From a virus (Duplodnaviria; Caudoviricetes), in IMG/VR virus record IMGVR_UViG_3300046167_000801: a stretch of DNA of 64,000 nt; one strand, written 5' to 3'. The notes below the pieces were generated by a model. It was given only the letters and a program-made list of their open reading frames with translations, was not told the origin of the DNA and ran no database searches. Shown piece after piece: positions 9,666 through 19,090 of this stretch. Each line of letters opens with the position of its first letter. Positions within the stretch are counted from its first letter, which is position 1. Made by a program: the position numbers and the translations under genes.

Positions 9666-11008
9666 AGAACACTACTATAGTTACCGCAATATTTGATATT
9701 GGTAGAGATGAGTGGGACAACTTCACAATGTCTTACCACACCTACTTAATGTGGATGAGAAACATTCTTTTTTTAGATACCAATATGGTAATCTACACTG
9801 AGGAAAAATTTAAAAAACAGATCATTGATTTTAGGAAAGAGGTTGATCCAACATTAGAAAAAACAATTATTGTTATTGAACCATTAGAAAATATCATTGG
9901 TTATAAGAAGTTCTTTAATCCTCTCAATACTTTAATGTCTAGTGAGTCCTTCAAATCTAAAATACAATTTCAAGTACCTGAAATGACTAAACCACTTTAT
10001 AACGTGGTTATGTTTGCAAAACTTTTTTACATATTAGATGCACATAAAAGAAACTTATTTAATACTGATTTATTTGTGTGGGCGGATGCGGGTGTACTAA
10101 GAAACGATAAACCTGAATTAGGTATTAGTTGGCCCGATACACAGAAAATAAATGAATTAGATAATAATAAAGTAACCTTCTTTTGTCACCATCCTTATGT
10201 TAGGGTTGGTGAGGATCATTATGAACAACATGCATTATCTCAAATGAGATATATACAAGGTGGTTCCATTTTCGTACCTAAGAAGTGTGTTGATGAGGTA
10301 TGTGAGATATTTGAAGATGTTGTGAAAGAGTCTGTAGAAGGTGGGTACGTTGGTAGTGACGAAAAAATGTTTGACTTCTTATACTTGAGAGATCCAAATA
10401 AGTATAACCTAATACAATGTGGTTGGAGGGAGTATATAGATTTATTTACAAGTGATAAGGATTTGAAAGTAGTTGTGTCAAGATACGACGAAGATACTTC
10501 TTGGACCAATAAACTAAATTATGAATCAATTATATTCAATAAAAATGAATCGGATAATCACCTGTATGAAAATAATTTACCTAATGTTGGTAGAGAAACT
10601 CATACATTCATGTCATATATAATTGACAATTATGATAACCTACCTAATTACGTTGCATTTGTCCAAGGTAATCCATTTGATCATTGTAATGACGTAATAA
10701 ATGATATCAACGGATTTGATTTCAAGAGTGAATTTTTACCTTTAGGTAGAGTGAATAGATATAATATGGAATATGAGTCTATTGATGATCAGATGAGATC
10801 TTTCGGTGAAACTATGGGTATCAACATAACTTTCCCTTCATATAACGTACCGGGTGCACAACACATAATCAGTAGAAGGTTAATTAGAAAACACCCTATT
10901 GAGTTTTATAAAAAAATACATTCTTTAGTTAATACTGAACTATATCCTTTCTCATGTTTGGATTTTGAGAAGACTTTATTTCAAATATACGGAATATATA
11001 ATGTTTGA
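9656..11008 (+). CDS. HtrL/YibB(WlaTC)-like glycosyltransferase fused to DUF3431-like domain
   Basis: TTIVTAIFDIGR, YNVVMFAK, FVWADAG (HtrL-like); then VVVSRYDEDTSW...NVGRETHTFMSYIIDNYDNLP...FVQGNPFDH (DUF3431-like). Confidence 0.75.
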   Translation: MDIKNTTIVTAIFDIGRDEWDNFTMSYHTYLMWMRNILFLDTNMVIYTEEKFKKQIIDFRKEVDPTLEKTIIVIEPLENIIGYKKFFNPLNTLMSSESFKSKIQFQVPEMTKPLYNVVMFAKLFYILDAHKRNLFNTDLFVWADAGVLRNDKPELGISWPDTQKINELDNNKVTFFCHHPYVRVGEDHYEQHALSQMRYIQGGSIFVPKKCVDEVCEIFEDVVKESVEGGYVGSDEKMFDFLYLRDPNKYNLIQCGWREYIDLFTSDKDLKVVVSRYDEDTSWTNKLNYESIIFNKNESDNHLYENNLPNVGRETHTFMSYIIDNYDNLPNYVAFVQGNPFDHCNDVINDINGFDFKSEFLPLGRVNRYNMEYESIDDQMRSFGETMGINITFPSYNVPGAQHIISRRLIRKHPIEFYKKIHSLVNTELYPFSCLDFEKTLFQIYGIYNV

Positions 11009-12083
11009 TTATCTAATAGTTGGTAGTGGATTTTTTGGGTCTATTTGTGCTAGAGAACTTACTGACAAGGGCAATAAAGTTTGTGTAATTGAAAATAGGA
11101 ACCATATCGGTGGTAACTGTTACACATCAAATAGAGACGGTATAAATGTTCATGACTATGGTCCTCATATTTTTCACACCTCAAACGAAGAGGTATGGAA
11201 ATGGATAAATCAATATGCGGACTTTAATAATTTTACTTTAAGACCAGTTGCAAATTACGAAGGTGAGGTTTATTCCTTACCATTTAATATGTGGACATTC
11301 TCCAAATTATGGGGAGTTACTCATCCTTATGAAGTTAAAGAGATAATTAAACAACAAAGTTCTCATATTAATAATCCAAAGAATTTAGAAGAACAAGCAA
11401 TTAAACTCGTTGGGGTTGACGTATATGAAAAGTTAATAAAGGGGTATACGGAGAAACAGTGGAGAAAAAATGCAACTGACCTACCTAAAGAAATAATTAA
11501 AAGATTACCTGTTAGATTTACATACGATAACAATTACTTTAATGACAAGTACCAAGGAATTCCCGTAGGTGGATATACTCAAATATTTGAGAAACTTTTA
11601 GAGGGTATTGAAGTTAGGTTGGAGACTGATTTTTTTAAGAGTAGATTACCGAAACATAAAAAAGTAATTTATACGGGACCCATTGATAGGTATTTTAATT
11701 ATGAGTTTGGTGAGTTGGAATATAAGACTACAGAGTTTCATCACAAAAAGATGGGGACCGACAATTATCAAGGTGTTGTAATGATGAACTATACTGAAAA
11801 GGATATTCCCTACACTAGAACTATTGAACATAAACACTTTGAAGACATAGAGTCTGAAAATAGTTGGGTTACATGGGAATACCCCACCGAATATAAGGCG
11901 GGTTTAACAGAACCTTACTATCCTGTTAACGATAAGGAGAATACTAAAATCTATAAGAAGTATAAAAATTTAGCTGATAAGGAAAAGGATGTTTACTTTG
12001 GTGGTAGATTGGCGGAATACAAATACTATGACATGCATAAGGTAATTGAGTCCGCACTTAATTTTATAAAAAAAACCCTCTGA
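11001..12083 (+). CDS. glf: UDP-galactopyranose mutase
   Basis: DYLIVGSGFFG, HIGGNCY, HDYGPHIFHT, YFNDKYQGIP, EPYYP, GRLAEYKYYDM. Confidence 0.95.
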   Translation: MFDYLIVGSGFFGSICARELTDKGNKVCVIENRNHIGGNCYTSNRDGINVHDYGPHIFHTSNEEVWKWINQYADFNNFTLRPVANYEGEVYSLPFNMWTFSKLWGVTHPYEVKEIIKQQSSHINNPKNLEEQAIKLVGVDVYEKLIKGYTEKQWRKNATDLPKEIIKRLPVRFTYDNNYFNDKYQGIPVGGYTQIFEKLLEGIEVRLETDFFKSRLPKHKKVIYTGPIDRYFNYEFGELEYKTTEFHHKKMGTDNYQGVVMMNYTEKDIPYTRTIEHKHFEDIESENSWVTWEYPTEYKAGLTEPYYPVNDKENTKIYKKYKNLADKEKDVYFGGRLAEYKYYDMHKVIESALNFIKKTL

Positions 12084-12227
12084 TTAGGAGGATTTTTCTT
12101 CTTTCTTAGGTGCTTGTATACCTTTCTCACTTTCGGCCTTCTTAGCCAAGTGATTCTTAATCTCAGTTTTATGTTGTGATGAGATCTTTTTTCTTTCGTC
12201 TTCCGACATTCCAAATGGTCCTGACAT
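12084..12227 (-). CDS. Small hypothetical protein (47 aa)
   Basis: Hand translation MSGPFGMSEDERKKISSQH...KEEKSS; fills the gap between glf and the next gene. Confidence 0.55.
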   Translation of the reverse strand: MSGPFGMSEDERKKISSQHKTEIKNHLAKKAESEKGIQAPKKEEKSS

Positions 12228-12230
12228 AGT

Positions 12231-12518
12231 TTAAATATTTAATATTTTTATTATTTTCTCTTTCTTTTTGGTGAGGACAATACATCTCTCGTATTCTTCT
12301 CTCTCTTCATAAATATCCACTAATGCGGTTACAATTTCAAGACACAACTCTAAATCAGAATCGTAAGAAAGAATTGTCTTAGAGGTAAGATAATGAATTA
12401 ATATCGTTTTGTCAACCTTTGACATAAACTTATAAATCATTTCTAATTCGTCTTCATCGTAATTACCAACGTGAAGAATTCTTGTGGATTGTAATAAAAA
12501 GTTTACCGATAGATCCAT
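12231..12518 (-). CDS. Hypothetical protein with C-terminal UVR-like motif
   Basis: EEREEYERCIVLTK. Confidence 0.6.
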   Translation of the reverse strand: MDLSVNFLLQSTRILHVGNYDEDELEMIYKFMSKVDKTILIHYLTSKTILSYDSDLELCLEIVTALVDIYEEREEYERCIVLTKKKEKIIKILNI

Positions 12519-12839
12519 TTATAATAGTACAAAATTGTTTAATGTTTTAAAACAACTCATGAACCCTTCAATCTCTACCTCTTCTCTTGAAGACATGGAG
12601 GTCTGTCTAGGACATATTATCGTTCCATCACCTAATGATATGGTATACAACCATTGATTTGGTCCAATCATTTCTATTGTTAGATAAATCTTATACTTAT
12701 CAAAAAAATAGTATAATCTTTTAGATTCAAACAGATCTAAAGTGGACACACTTAGCACACCCACGTATGGAAACATCGTGCCAACAAACCTTTCATACGA
12801 AAGAGGATACTCATTTTTTATTTTCTTCCAGTTTAACAT
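12519..12839 (-). CDS. Hypothetical protein
   Basis: 106-aa ORF, head-to-tail with neighbours. Confidence 0.65.
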   Translation of the reverse strand: MLNWKKIKNEYPLSYERFVGTMFPYVGVLSVSTLDLFESKRLYYFFDKYKIYLTIEMIGPNQWLYTISLGDGTIICPRQTSMSSREEVEIEGFMSCFKTLNNFVLL

Positions 12840-12882
12840 ACTAAAAAGTACACATTTAATATAAAATTGTATATTTATTAAT

Positions 12883-13494
12883 ATGAAATTTATTCTAAAA
12901 GAGTCTCAACTTATAAATATCTTCAAATCTGAGTTCGGTGTAACACTTAATGAAAATGTTATCGCTAAGTTTCTGGATATATATGGTAAGGCCATGTCAG
13001 GTGACGGTAATTCTTCAGGATATAGTGGTGGTTTTAACCCTAATTTTGACTATCAGGGTCTTCCACCCGAAAATTTTAATCAAATTGATATATGGCCAGT
13101 AAATGGGGCACGATTAACAAGTGGGTTTGGTCCAAGGAATATTGGTGGTCGTGCAAGTAAAAACCATATGGGTTGTGATTTAGGTGTACCATCAGGGACA
13201 CCCGTATATGCCGTCGCAAATGGAAAAGTAAAAGCGGCAAGAGACACTTCACCAAATGGATGTGGTGGTTTTGTTAAAATACAACACAAAGATTATTCAA
13301 CTAAGTATTGTCACTTGAAACGGTGGGATGTAAAAAAGGGAGATGAGGTCTCTAAAGGACAACAAATAGGATTAAGTGGTGGTGCGAGTAATGACCCTTT
13401 TAAAGGTAATTCTATGGGTGCTCACCTACATTACGAGGTCTTAGATGGTGAAAGACATATAGATCCTGTTAAGGTCCACGGAAGACTTTCGTAA
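12883..13494 (+). CDS. M23 family peptidase (peptidoglycan hydrolase)
   Basis: HMGCDLGVPSGTPVYAVANGKV, YCHL, HLHYEV zinc motifs. Confidence 0.9.
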   Translation: MKFILKESQLINIFKSEFGVTLNENVIAKFLDIYGKAMSGDGNSSGYSGGFNPNFDYQGLPPENFNQIDIWPVNGARLTSGFGPRNIGGRASKNHMGCDLGVPSGTPVYAVANGKVKAARDTSPNGCGGFVKIQHKDYSTKYCHLKRWDVKKGDEVSKGQQIGLSGGASNDPFKGNSMGAHLHYEVLDGERHIDPVKVHGRLS

Positions 13495-13530
13495 AGTTCC
13501 AAGTAATTATAGTTTATTATACTATAATTT

Positions 13531-13764
13531 ATGGAAATCATTGAATTTTATTACAACGAATCAGAACAAATATTAGAAATTACATTTACCGCCGAATCTG
13601 ACGGTGATTATTTAAATGTAGAATTAAGTTTAGACGATGCTAAACTACACTCCCCAATAATTCTTGAAGAAGAAGATTTAGATGATGCCGACTTTGACTT
13701 GTTAGTTGATATATTAGAGTCATACTATTATGAGAACGAATTACCATCTGAAAGTTTTTTCTAA
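13531..13764 (+). CDS. Small highly acidic hypothetical protein
   Basis: 77 aa, D/E-rich. Confidence 0.6.
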   Translation: MEIIEFYYNESEQILEITFTAESDGDYLNVELSLDDAKLHSPIILEEEDLDDADFDLLVDILESYYYENELPSESFF

Positions 13765-13805
13765 ACCTTTTGGTGTATACTTCTTAAACCATAGTATTTA
13801 TTAGT

Positions 13806-14178
13806 ATGAGTTTCTTAAATGATAATGATAAGGGTAGAATTGTAGAATTTGTAAAATTCGTTAGAGACGAATTGGGTCTAAAGGTTACACCTACAATAAA
13901 ATTACTAAATGGTAGAGGAGAACTCAAGACAACTGCACATTACAATTATTCTAATCCCAGAAAAAATCATAAAAGTAAATTCTAAAAACAGACACATTGT
14001 TGATATTATGAGGAGTATCGCACACGAAATGGTACACCACTTACAATATGAACAAGGTCGTTTAGACGGTCCTAAACCACCCGATATTGGTGGTGAGATA
14101 GAAGATGAAGCAAACTCAAAAGCGGGACAGTTTATTAAATTGTACTCGAAGATGGATAGTACAATTTATGATGAGTAG
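13806..14178 (+). CDS. HExxH zinc-metallopeptidase-like protein interrupted by a +1 frameshift at CCC 13956-13958
   Basis: ATG 13806 directly after TATTTATT reads MSFLNDND...TTAHYNYSNP and stops at 13985. The shifted frame continues PEKIIKV...IAHEMVHHLQ...EDEAN. Confidence 0.7.
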
Positions 14179-14218
14179 ATCACCATTCATCATATAAACC
14201 ATTACAATATTTCTTGAC

Positions 14219-14440
14219 ATGAAAAGAAAATTAATTGCAATGATGTTATGTAGTATATTTTTATTTGGTAGTTGTGCCTCTAATAAACCTAGTTGGGAAC
14301 GTAAAAAACCCGTGGTAAGTTTATTAGATTCATTAAGTGTTAAAAATAACCCTAAAGTGACTCAAAATGATCACACCTTTTTAGGACTTTTATTATCAGG
14401 TATGATACTTTTTACCCTACATACATTTACAACAAGGTGA
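14219..14440 (+). CDS. Small lipoprotein with C-terminal TM helix
   Basis: Lipobox-like FLFGS|C; hydrophobic FLGLLLSGMILFTL. Confidence 0.6.
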   Translation: MKRKLIAMMLCSIFLFGSCASNKPSWERKKPVVSLLDSLSVKNNPKVTQNDHTFLGLLLSGMILFTLHTFTTR

Positions 14441-14452
14441 TTTTATAGTTCA

Positions 14453-14827
14453 TTAAAACGTAGTACTAACTTCGTAAACTCTTTTAAGAACTTTATCACA
14501 CATATTTCGATACTCCCTATCAAATTGGTAATTATCTTTATGGGATTTATTTGAGTGCATGATCGTTGCGTGATTCCTCTCAATCAATCTACCTATTTTA
14601 CTGTAAGAGAAACCAAATTTTTCTCTCATAATGTAACAGAATAATTGTCTTCCACTTACGACTTCCCTATGTCTAACCCTTGATATAATACTCTCAATTG
14701 AGATAGATTGTTCTTCAGATATTATATTTAATATCTCGTCAGTATTGACATAGAGTTTTTTAGATGATCGTATTCTTGTTTTGATGTTGGTTTCTAAACC
14801 GACAAACACGTATGGGTGTATTTTCAT
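14453..14827 (-). CDS. Stand-alone DnaA domain IV (Bac_DnaA_C) helix-turn-helix protein
   Basis: IISRVRHREVVSGRQLFCYIMRE...SYSKIGRLIERNHATIMHS matches the DnaA C-terminal signature. Confidence 0.8.
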   Translation of the reverse strand: MKIHPYVFVGLETNIKTRIRSSKKLYVNTDEILNIISEEQSISIESIISRVRHREVVSGRQLFCYIMREKFGFSYSKIGRLIERNHATIMHSNKSHKDNYQFDREYRNMCDKVLKRVYEVSTTF

Positions 14828-14828
14828 T

Positions 14829-15398
14829 TTAAAATCTGTGTAAAGTTATTTCTAAGTGTGATTCAATTGCCTTATCATATTGATTACCCCCAATTAGAAT
14901 ATTAGTAAAGAATCCTTGGGAAGTTAACTTAAGTGTATTTGATGGCATTGCACCGTACGTATCAATACTAAATGTATAACGAGTTTTTTCACCCATATAA
15001 TCAGTTTCTATAATTGTTTGTTCTGTACAATACGTACATGGGAAGTCAATAGGTATCCATTCGTCACTAACATCGTCGGTAATCCTAAGGTCATAATAAT
15101 CAAACTCCCATTGAGTTGTTGATTCATCAAATCTACGATTAATAATTGTACTCTCAAAATCCTGAGATAATAGTAGGTTACCGTCATTATCGACACCTGT
15201 AACATAGAAAGTACCAACTGTTGCTCTGTCATCATCTAAAACAATAACTTCACTATCGTAATTCACATTATCAATTACAACATCCACTTGTACGACATCC
15301 CATCTACCATTTAGGTTAAGTTGGGGGTTACTAATCTCTTCGTACTTTTCACAACCGAATAGGGTAATTATCCCTATCAAATAAATTATTTTTTTCAT
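14829..15398 (-). CDS. Lipoprotein, lipocalin-like beta domain
   Basis: ITLFG|C lipobox; LNGRWDVVQV; CAAATATA (TATATTTG on -) at 15416-15423. Confidence 0.65.
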   Translation of the reverse strand: MKKIIYLIGIITLFGCEKYEEISNPQLNLNGRWDVVQVDVVIDNVNYDSEVIVLDDDRATVGTFYVTGVDNDGNLLLSQDFESTIINRRFDESTTQWEFDYYDLRITDDVSDEWIPIDFPCTYCTEQTIIETDYMGEKTRYTFSIDTYGAMPSNTLKLTSQGFFTNILIGGNQYDKAIESHLEITLHRF

Positions 15399-15479
15399 AT
15401 CAAATCAATTTTATACAAATATAGTATTTTTTTTGATATACAAACTAATTTCAAAAGATTTTTTTGATATTTATAAACT

Positions 15480-15722
15480 ATGAAGATATGCGTAACTGAG
15501 AAACAGTTAGATTTAATTGTCTCAAATCAAACTGAATTTGTTGAACAGGAAGATGGAACAGAAACAGGTACCGGCGATGCATCAGGTGGTGGAACAACCG
15601 CGGGGAGTAAACAATGGGAGAGTGGAGTGACAAGAGGTCCTGACAATCAAATAGGTGTTACTAAGTGGTCTGATGTAGTTGGATCAAAAATAACTAGAGG
15701 CAAGGCAAACCCACTATATTAA
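15480..15722 (+). CDS. Small putative virion protein (WESG-x-TRG motif)
   Basis: MKICVTEKQL N-terminus; WESGVTRGPDN...KITRGKANPL internal duplication; late motif upstream. Confidence 0.7.
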   Translation: MKICVTEKQLDLIVSNQTEFVEQEDGTETGTGDASGGGTTAGSKQWESGVTRGPDNQIGVTKWSDVVGSKITRGKANPLY

Positions 15723-15724
15723 TT

Positions 15725-16942
15725 ATGGTATTACAAAAAACAGGTTTAATATTAGAAAGACATAATAGTATCTTAGACTATAATGGACATACAAACCAAA
15801 CTAAAGATTTAATTAGGACGGACAAAGTACTATTTGAGGCGTTTATTACAGTTGACGAAAGGTATTTCGTAATGAACGATCATGTTATAGACATACAAGA
15901 ACAAACTAACTTAGGTTATTTATGGGACTCATTGGATGTCTTTAAAAAGATATTCGGTAATGTACAGGTAGATGATTCCGAATATAGAGAAATACAAGAG
16001 GGTATCTCAACATTACCTTTACTTGAGAATAAATCAGATTTATATTTAATACGTGACATCCTAATAGAGGGATTTTGGAGTTCTGTGGGAGATGGTCTTG
16101 CGGACTTTGGAAATTGGGCTAAGGATAAGGTTGTGGCGGCAGGAAAAGGCATCGCAAATTTCGCAAGTAGTGCGTGGAATAACATAAAGAAGTTTGGTAT
16201 CGCAATATCAGAACTTGACTTCAAAAAAGTCTTATCTATGATTGGTAAGGGTGTATTATGGGTTCTAAGAAAATTTAAGGACGCGGCGTACTCTACGGTA
16301 GGTATTATTGTAGATGCAATTTTGGTGGCTACAGGTATTGGTAAACCCGTACAAGCTGTGTTTTGGGGATTAGTTACAGGTTTAGATGTATACCAATTGG
16401 CAAGTGGTGATTGGGAACCAAAAGGAACCCCAACTTGGGAGAAATGGTTAGACCTTGTTTGTGATATAATCGGACTATTAGGTGCGGGTGTTGCTGCTAA
16501 AGGTGCAAGAGGTTTAGTAAAAGGAATTAAGTCCGCAACTCAAATACCAAAATTTGTAAAAAAGAACAAGGCAATAATGAATATCATAATTAAACTAAAA
16601 AATGGGGCATCATGGGTTATCAGTAAAATAACCTCAGTCTTAAAAGGTTTAAAAGGAAAATGGAAACCTTTAGATAAGTTTATTGATAAGATTCTTTCTT
16701 TTTGTAAGAAGATATTCACAGGTTTAAAGAATTTCGTTAAGAAAATATTCCCCGATCCGGTTAAACTTACAGGAAAACAAAAACTTAAGAGAGGTGTAAA
16801 AGCGGGGGGTGCCGCGACAACTATCATGTACGGTATTGATAAATACTCTGAAAAAAAGGGTAAAGAATCCGCATTGAAAGTAGATCAGGCAATAGATAAC
16901 ATTGATTTGTCAAGCGCAGAGTTTGACTACGACGAGATTTAA
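15725..16942 (+). CDS. Putative internal virion/ejection protein with hydrophobic helical hairpins
   Basis: GIIVDAILVATGIG...VFWGLVTGL and DIIGLLGAGVAAKGA hydrophobic segments; long amphipathic K-rich helices. Confidence 0.6.
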   Translation: MVLQKTGLILERHNSILDYNGHTNQTKDLIRTDKVLFEAFITVDERYFVMNDHVIDIQEQTNLGYLWDSLDVFKKIFGNVQVDDSEYREIQEGISTLPLLENKSDLYLIRDILIEGFWSSVGDGLADFGNWAKDKVVAAGKGIANFASSAWNNIKKFGIAISELDFKKVLSMIGKGVLWVLRKFKDAAYSTVGIIVDAILVATGIGKPVQAVFWGLVTGLDVYQLASGDWEPKGTPTWEKWLDLVCDIIGLLGAGVAAKGARGLVKGIKSATQIPKFVKKNKAIMNIIIKLKNGASWVISKITSVLKGLKGKWKPLDKFIDKILSFCKKIFTGLKNFVKKIFPDPVKLTGKQKLKRGVKAGGAATTIMYGIDKYSEKKGKESALKVDQAIDNIDLSSAEFDYDEI

Positions 16943-16975
16943 AGAAAAATAACTATTTATATAAAAAATTAACGA

Positions 16976-19090
16976 ATGAAATTAATTGACATTATACAAG
17001 AATCACCAATAGAAGGTGGTGAACAACAGGTAGGTGAACAAGTAGCGGCACTGAAAGGTTTTCTAAAAGGGGTTACTAACCTAACTATTAAATCTGTAAG
17101 AGCAGCAAAACCCGTATTAGCAAAGGACTTACAAAAAGTTTTTAATGCCAAGTCAATTCAAGGTATTAATAAAATAGATGATTTAGTTGTTGCGTTAGGT
17201 AAAGGTACTTTGAAGGGTAAGGCTTTAGGTGATGTTACTATTGGTTTTATGAAAACTAAAGGGGTAAGTTCTAACTATATTGCCAGATTGGCTCCTGAGT
17301 TTGTAAACACACCATCTTTCATTAAGAAATATGCAAAAGACGGTAAGAAACTTACTACTGCATCTTTAAAATCAAGTGGTTATACCGATAATGCGATAAA
17401 GGAGATACTGAAGGCGTCTAAGGGTAGTAATAAATTCCAAAACGCATTGAAATCGTCTAAGACTATTGGAACAACTACTAAGACCGTCGGAACAACTACT
17501 AAGACCGTTGGAACTACCTCTAAGACTGTAGGACAGGCGGCAGTTAATTTAGGTAAGAAGGTTGTTCAAAAAGGTAAAAAATATATAACACCAATTTCAA
17601 AGAGACCTGGAGGAATTATTAAAACGGCCGCCAAGGGAGTATTTAGATTGGGTAAGGGTATAGTAGGTTTAGGTTTACTTAAACTTTTACTTATTTGTGG
17701 TGTAGGTTACATTGGTTATAAATGGTGGACTAGAGTAAAAGGAGATCTACCTGAGTTTCCATCAGATAGTGATTTAGAAGCTACAAAGAATTGGATGGAG
17801 TGTATAGTTAATGCACTTGAAGGGGATGAAAGAGCACACGATATTGTAATAGGTGAAAATAAAAATAGTATTCAATATGATATTGATAGATTCGCTGGTG
17901 AAGATACAGGTGGTTATTTGACCTTCTATGACGATTATACAGTTAAAAGTAAAAACGGTAAAACAGGTAAGTGGGATTGTAATGTTACAAAAAACTTAAA
18001 AGAACAATCAGAGGGTGAGGTTACGAGTCAAATGATTAGTTCAGCAATCACACAATTAGATGATCAATTAAGTGGTGATTTCTTTGAGGGTGATTCTTCT
18101 GATATGCAAGATGCATATAAAATACTTAAATCTTTAGAAGGTACCACCTATAAAGGAAAAGACACAATACAAGTTATAAAAAATAATTACCCTAAAGTCA
18201 CGGGGAAGAAATTGTCAAGTCATATAGGTAATCTAACTAATTTAGATTTTTCCGCAATTGAATTACGTGATGAAATGTTAAAAATGATAGGATCTTCACC
18301 TAAGAAAAAAGGTGGTGGTTCACAAGGAGATTCGGATGACAAGGGAGGATCAAAAGATAATGATAATCTTAACCATTTAACAGTAGTTTGGGACAAGTCT
18401 GAAGGTGGTGGAGGATCTAAAGGATCTAAATACAAACAATGTGATGATTTCCCATTAAACTTATATTGTATATCTGATAAGATTAAAGAAGTACAAAAAT
18501 GTTTAAACCCGACCGCTAACTTAAAGGTGGATGGTTATTACGGTCCTTTGACATTAAAGGCAATGAGGGATAGTTCATTATTTGCAGATGATAAAAAGGA
18601 TGATACTAACATCACTAAAGTAATATATGACAGAATCATAGATAAATGTAACAAGGCTAAAGATGCGGTCAAAGACGCCGACGGTAAAGCGGTTAGACCT
18701 AAAGTAGAACCTATAGAAAAATTAAAAATAAAACCTATAGAAATAGTAAAATTAGACCCTATCAAAATGATTGATACACACGGTGTAGAAAATTTATTGG
18801 ATCAAACTAAGAAGAGGATTGATGGTGAGAGAATCTCGGCCATTATAAGTGATAAAGTAAAGTTCCGTGGAGGAAGATATGTACTTAAAATGGACAACGA
18901 ACTGACAGAGAAACAATTAAAAGTTATAAATCAGGTCATGGCAGGTAGAGGTTTTAGTTTAGATAAGAAGAAAGAGACGTTGAAAGACAATAAATACGTG
19001 TGGACCACTAAAGATAGAGATTCAAGAAAGATTGCACGTAAACAGAATTCAATAGACAACATAAGATCGAAAAACGATGATAAAAAATAG
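16976..19090 (+). CDS. Large putative virion/ejection protein with one TM segment and a C-terminal PG-binding-like motif
   Basis: GIVGLGLLKLLLICGVGYIGYKWW TM; LKVDGYYGPLTLKAM PG-binding motif. Confidence 0.6.
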   Translation: MKLIDIIQESPIEGGEQQVGEQVAALKGFLKGVTNLTIKSVRAAKPVLAKDLQKVFNAKSIQGINKIDDLVVALGKGTLKGKALGDVTIGFMKTKGVSSNYIARLAPEFVNTPSFIKKYAKDGKKLTTASLKSSGYTDNAIKEILKASKGSNKFQNALKSSKTIGTTTKTVGTTTKTVGTTSKTVGQAAVNLGKKVVQKGKKYITPISKRPGGIIKTAAKGVFRLGKGIVGLGLLKLLLICGVGYIGYKWWTRVKGDLPEFPSDSDLEATKNWMECIVNALEGDERAHDIVIGENKNSIQYDIDRFAGEDTGGYLTFYDDYTVKSKNGKTGKWDCNVTKNLKEQSEGEVTSQMISSAITQLDDQLSGDFFEGDSSDMQDAYKILKSLEGTTYKGKDTIQVIKNNYPKVTGKKLSSHIGNLTNLDFSAIELRDEMLKMIGSSPKKKGGGSQGDSDDKGGSKDNDNLNHLTVVWDKSEGGGGSKGSKYKQCDDFPLNLYCISDKIKEVQKCLNPTANLKVDGYYGPLTLKAMRDSSLFADDKKDDTNITKVIYDRIIDKCNKAKDAVKDADGKAVRPKVEPIEKLKIKPIEIVKLDPIKMIDTHGVENLLDQTKKRIDGERISAIISDKVKFRGGRYVLKMDNELTEKQLKVINQVMAGRGFSLDKKKETLKDNKYVWTTKDRDSRKIARKQNSIDNIRSKNDDKK
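17459..17533 (+). repeat. In-frame 21-bp tandem repeat (KTVGTTT x3.5)
   Basis: aagactattggaacaactact / aagaccgtcggaacaactact / aagaccgttggaactacctct / aagactgtagga. Confidence 0.9.
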
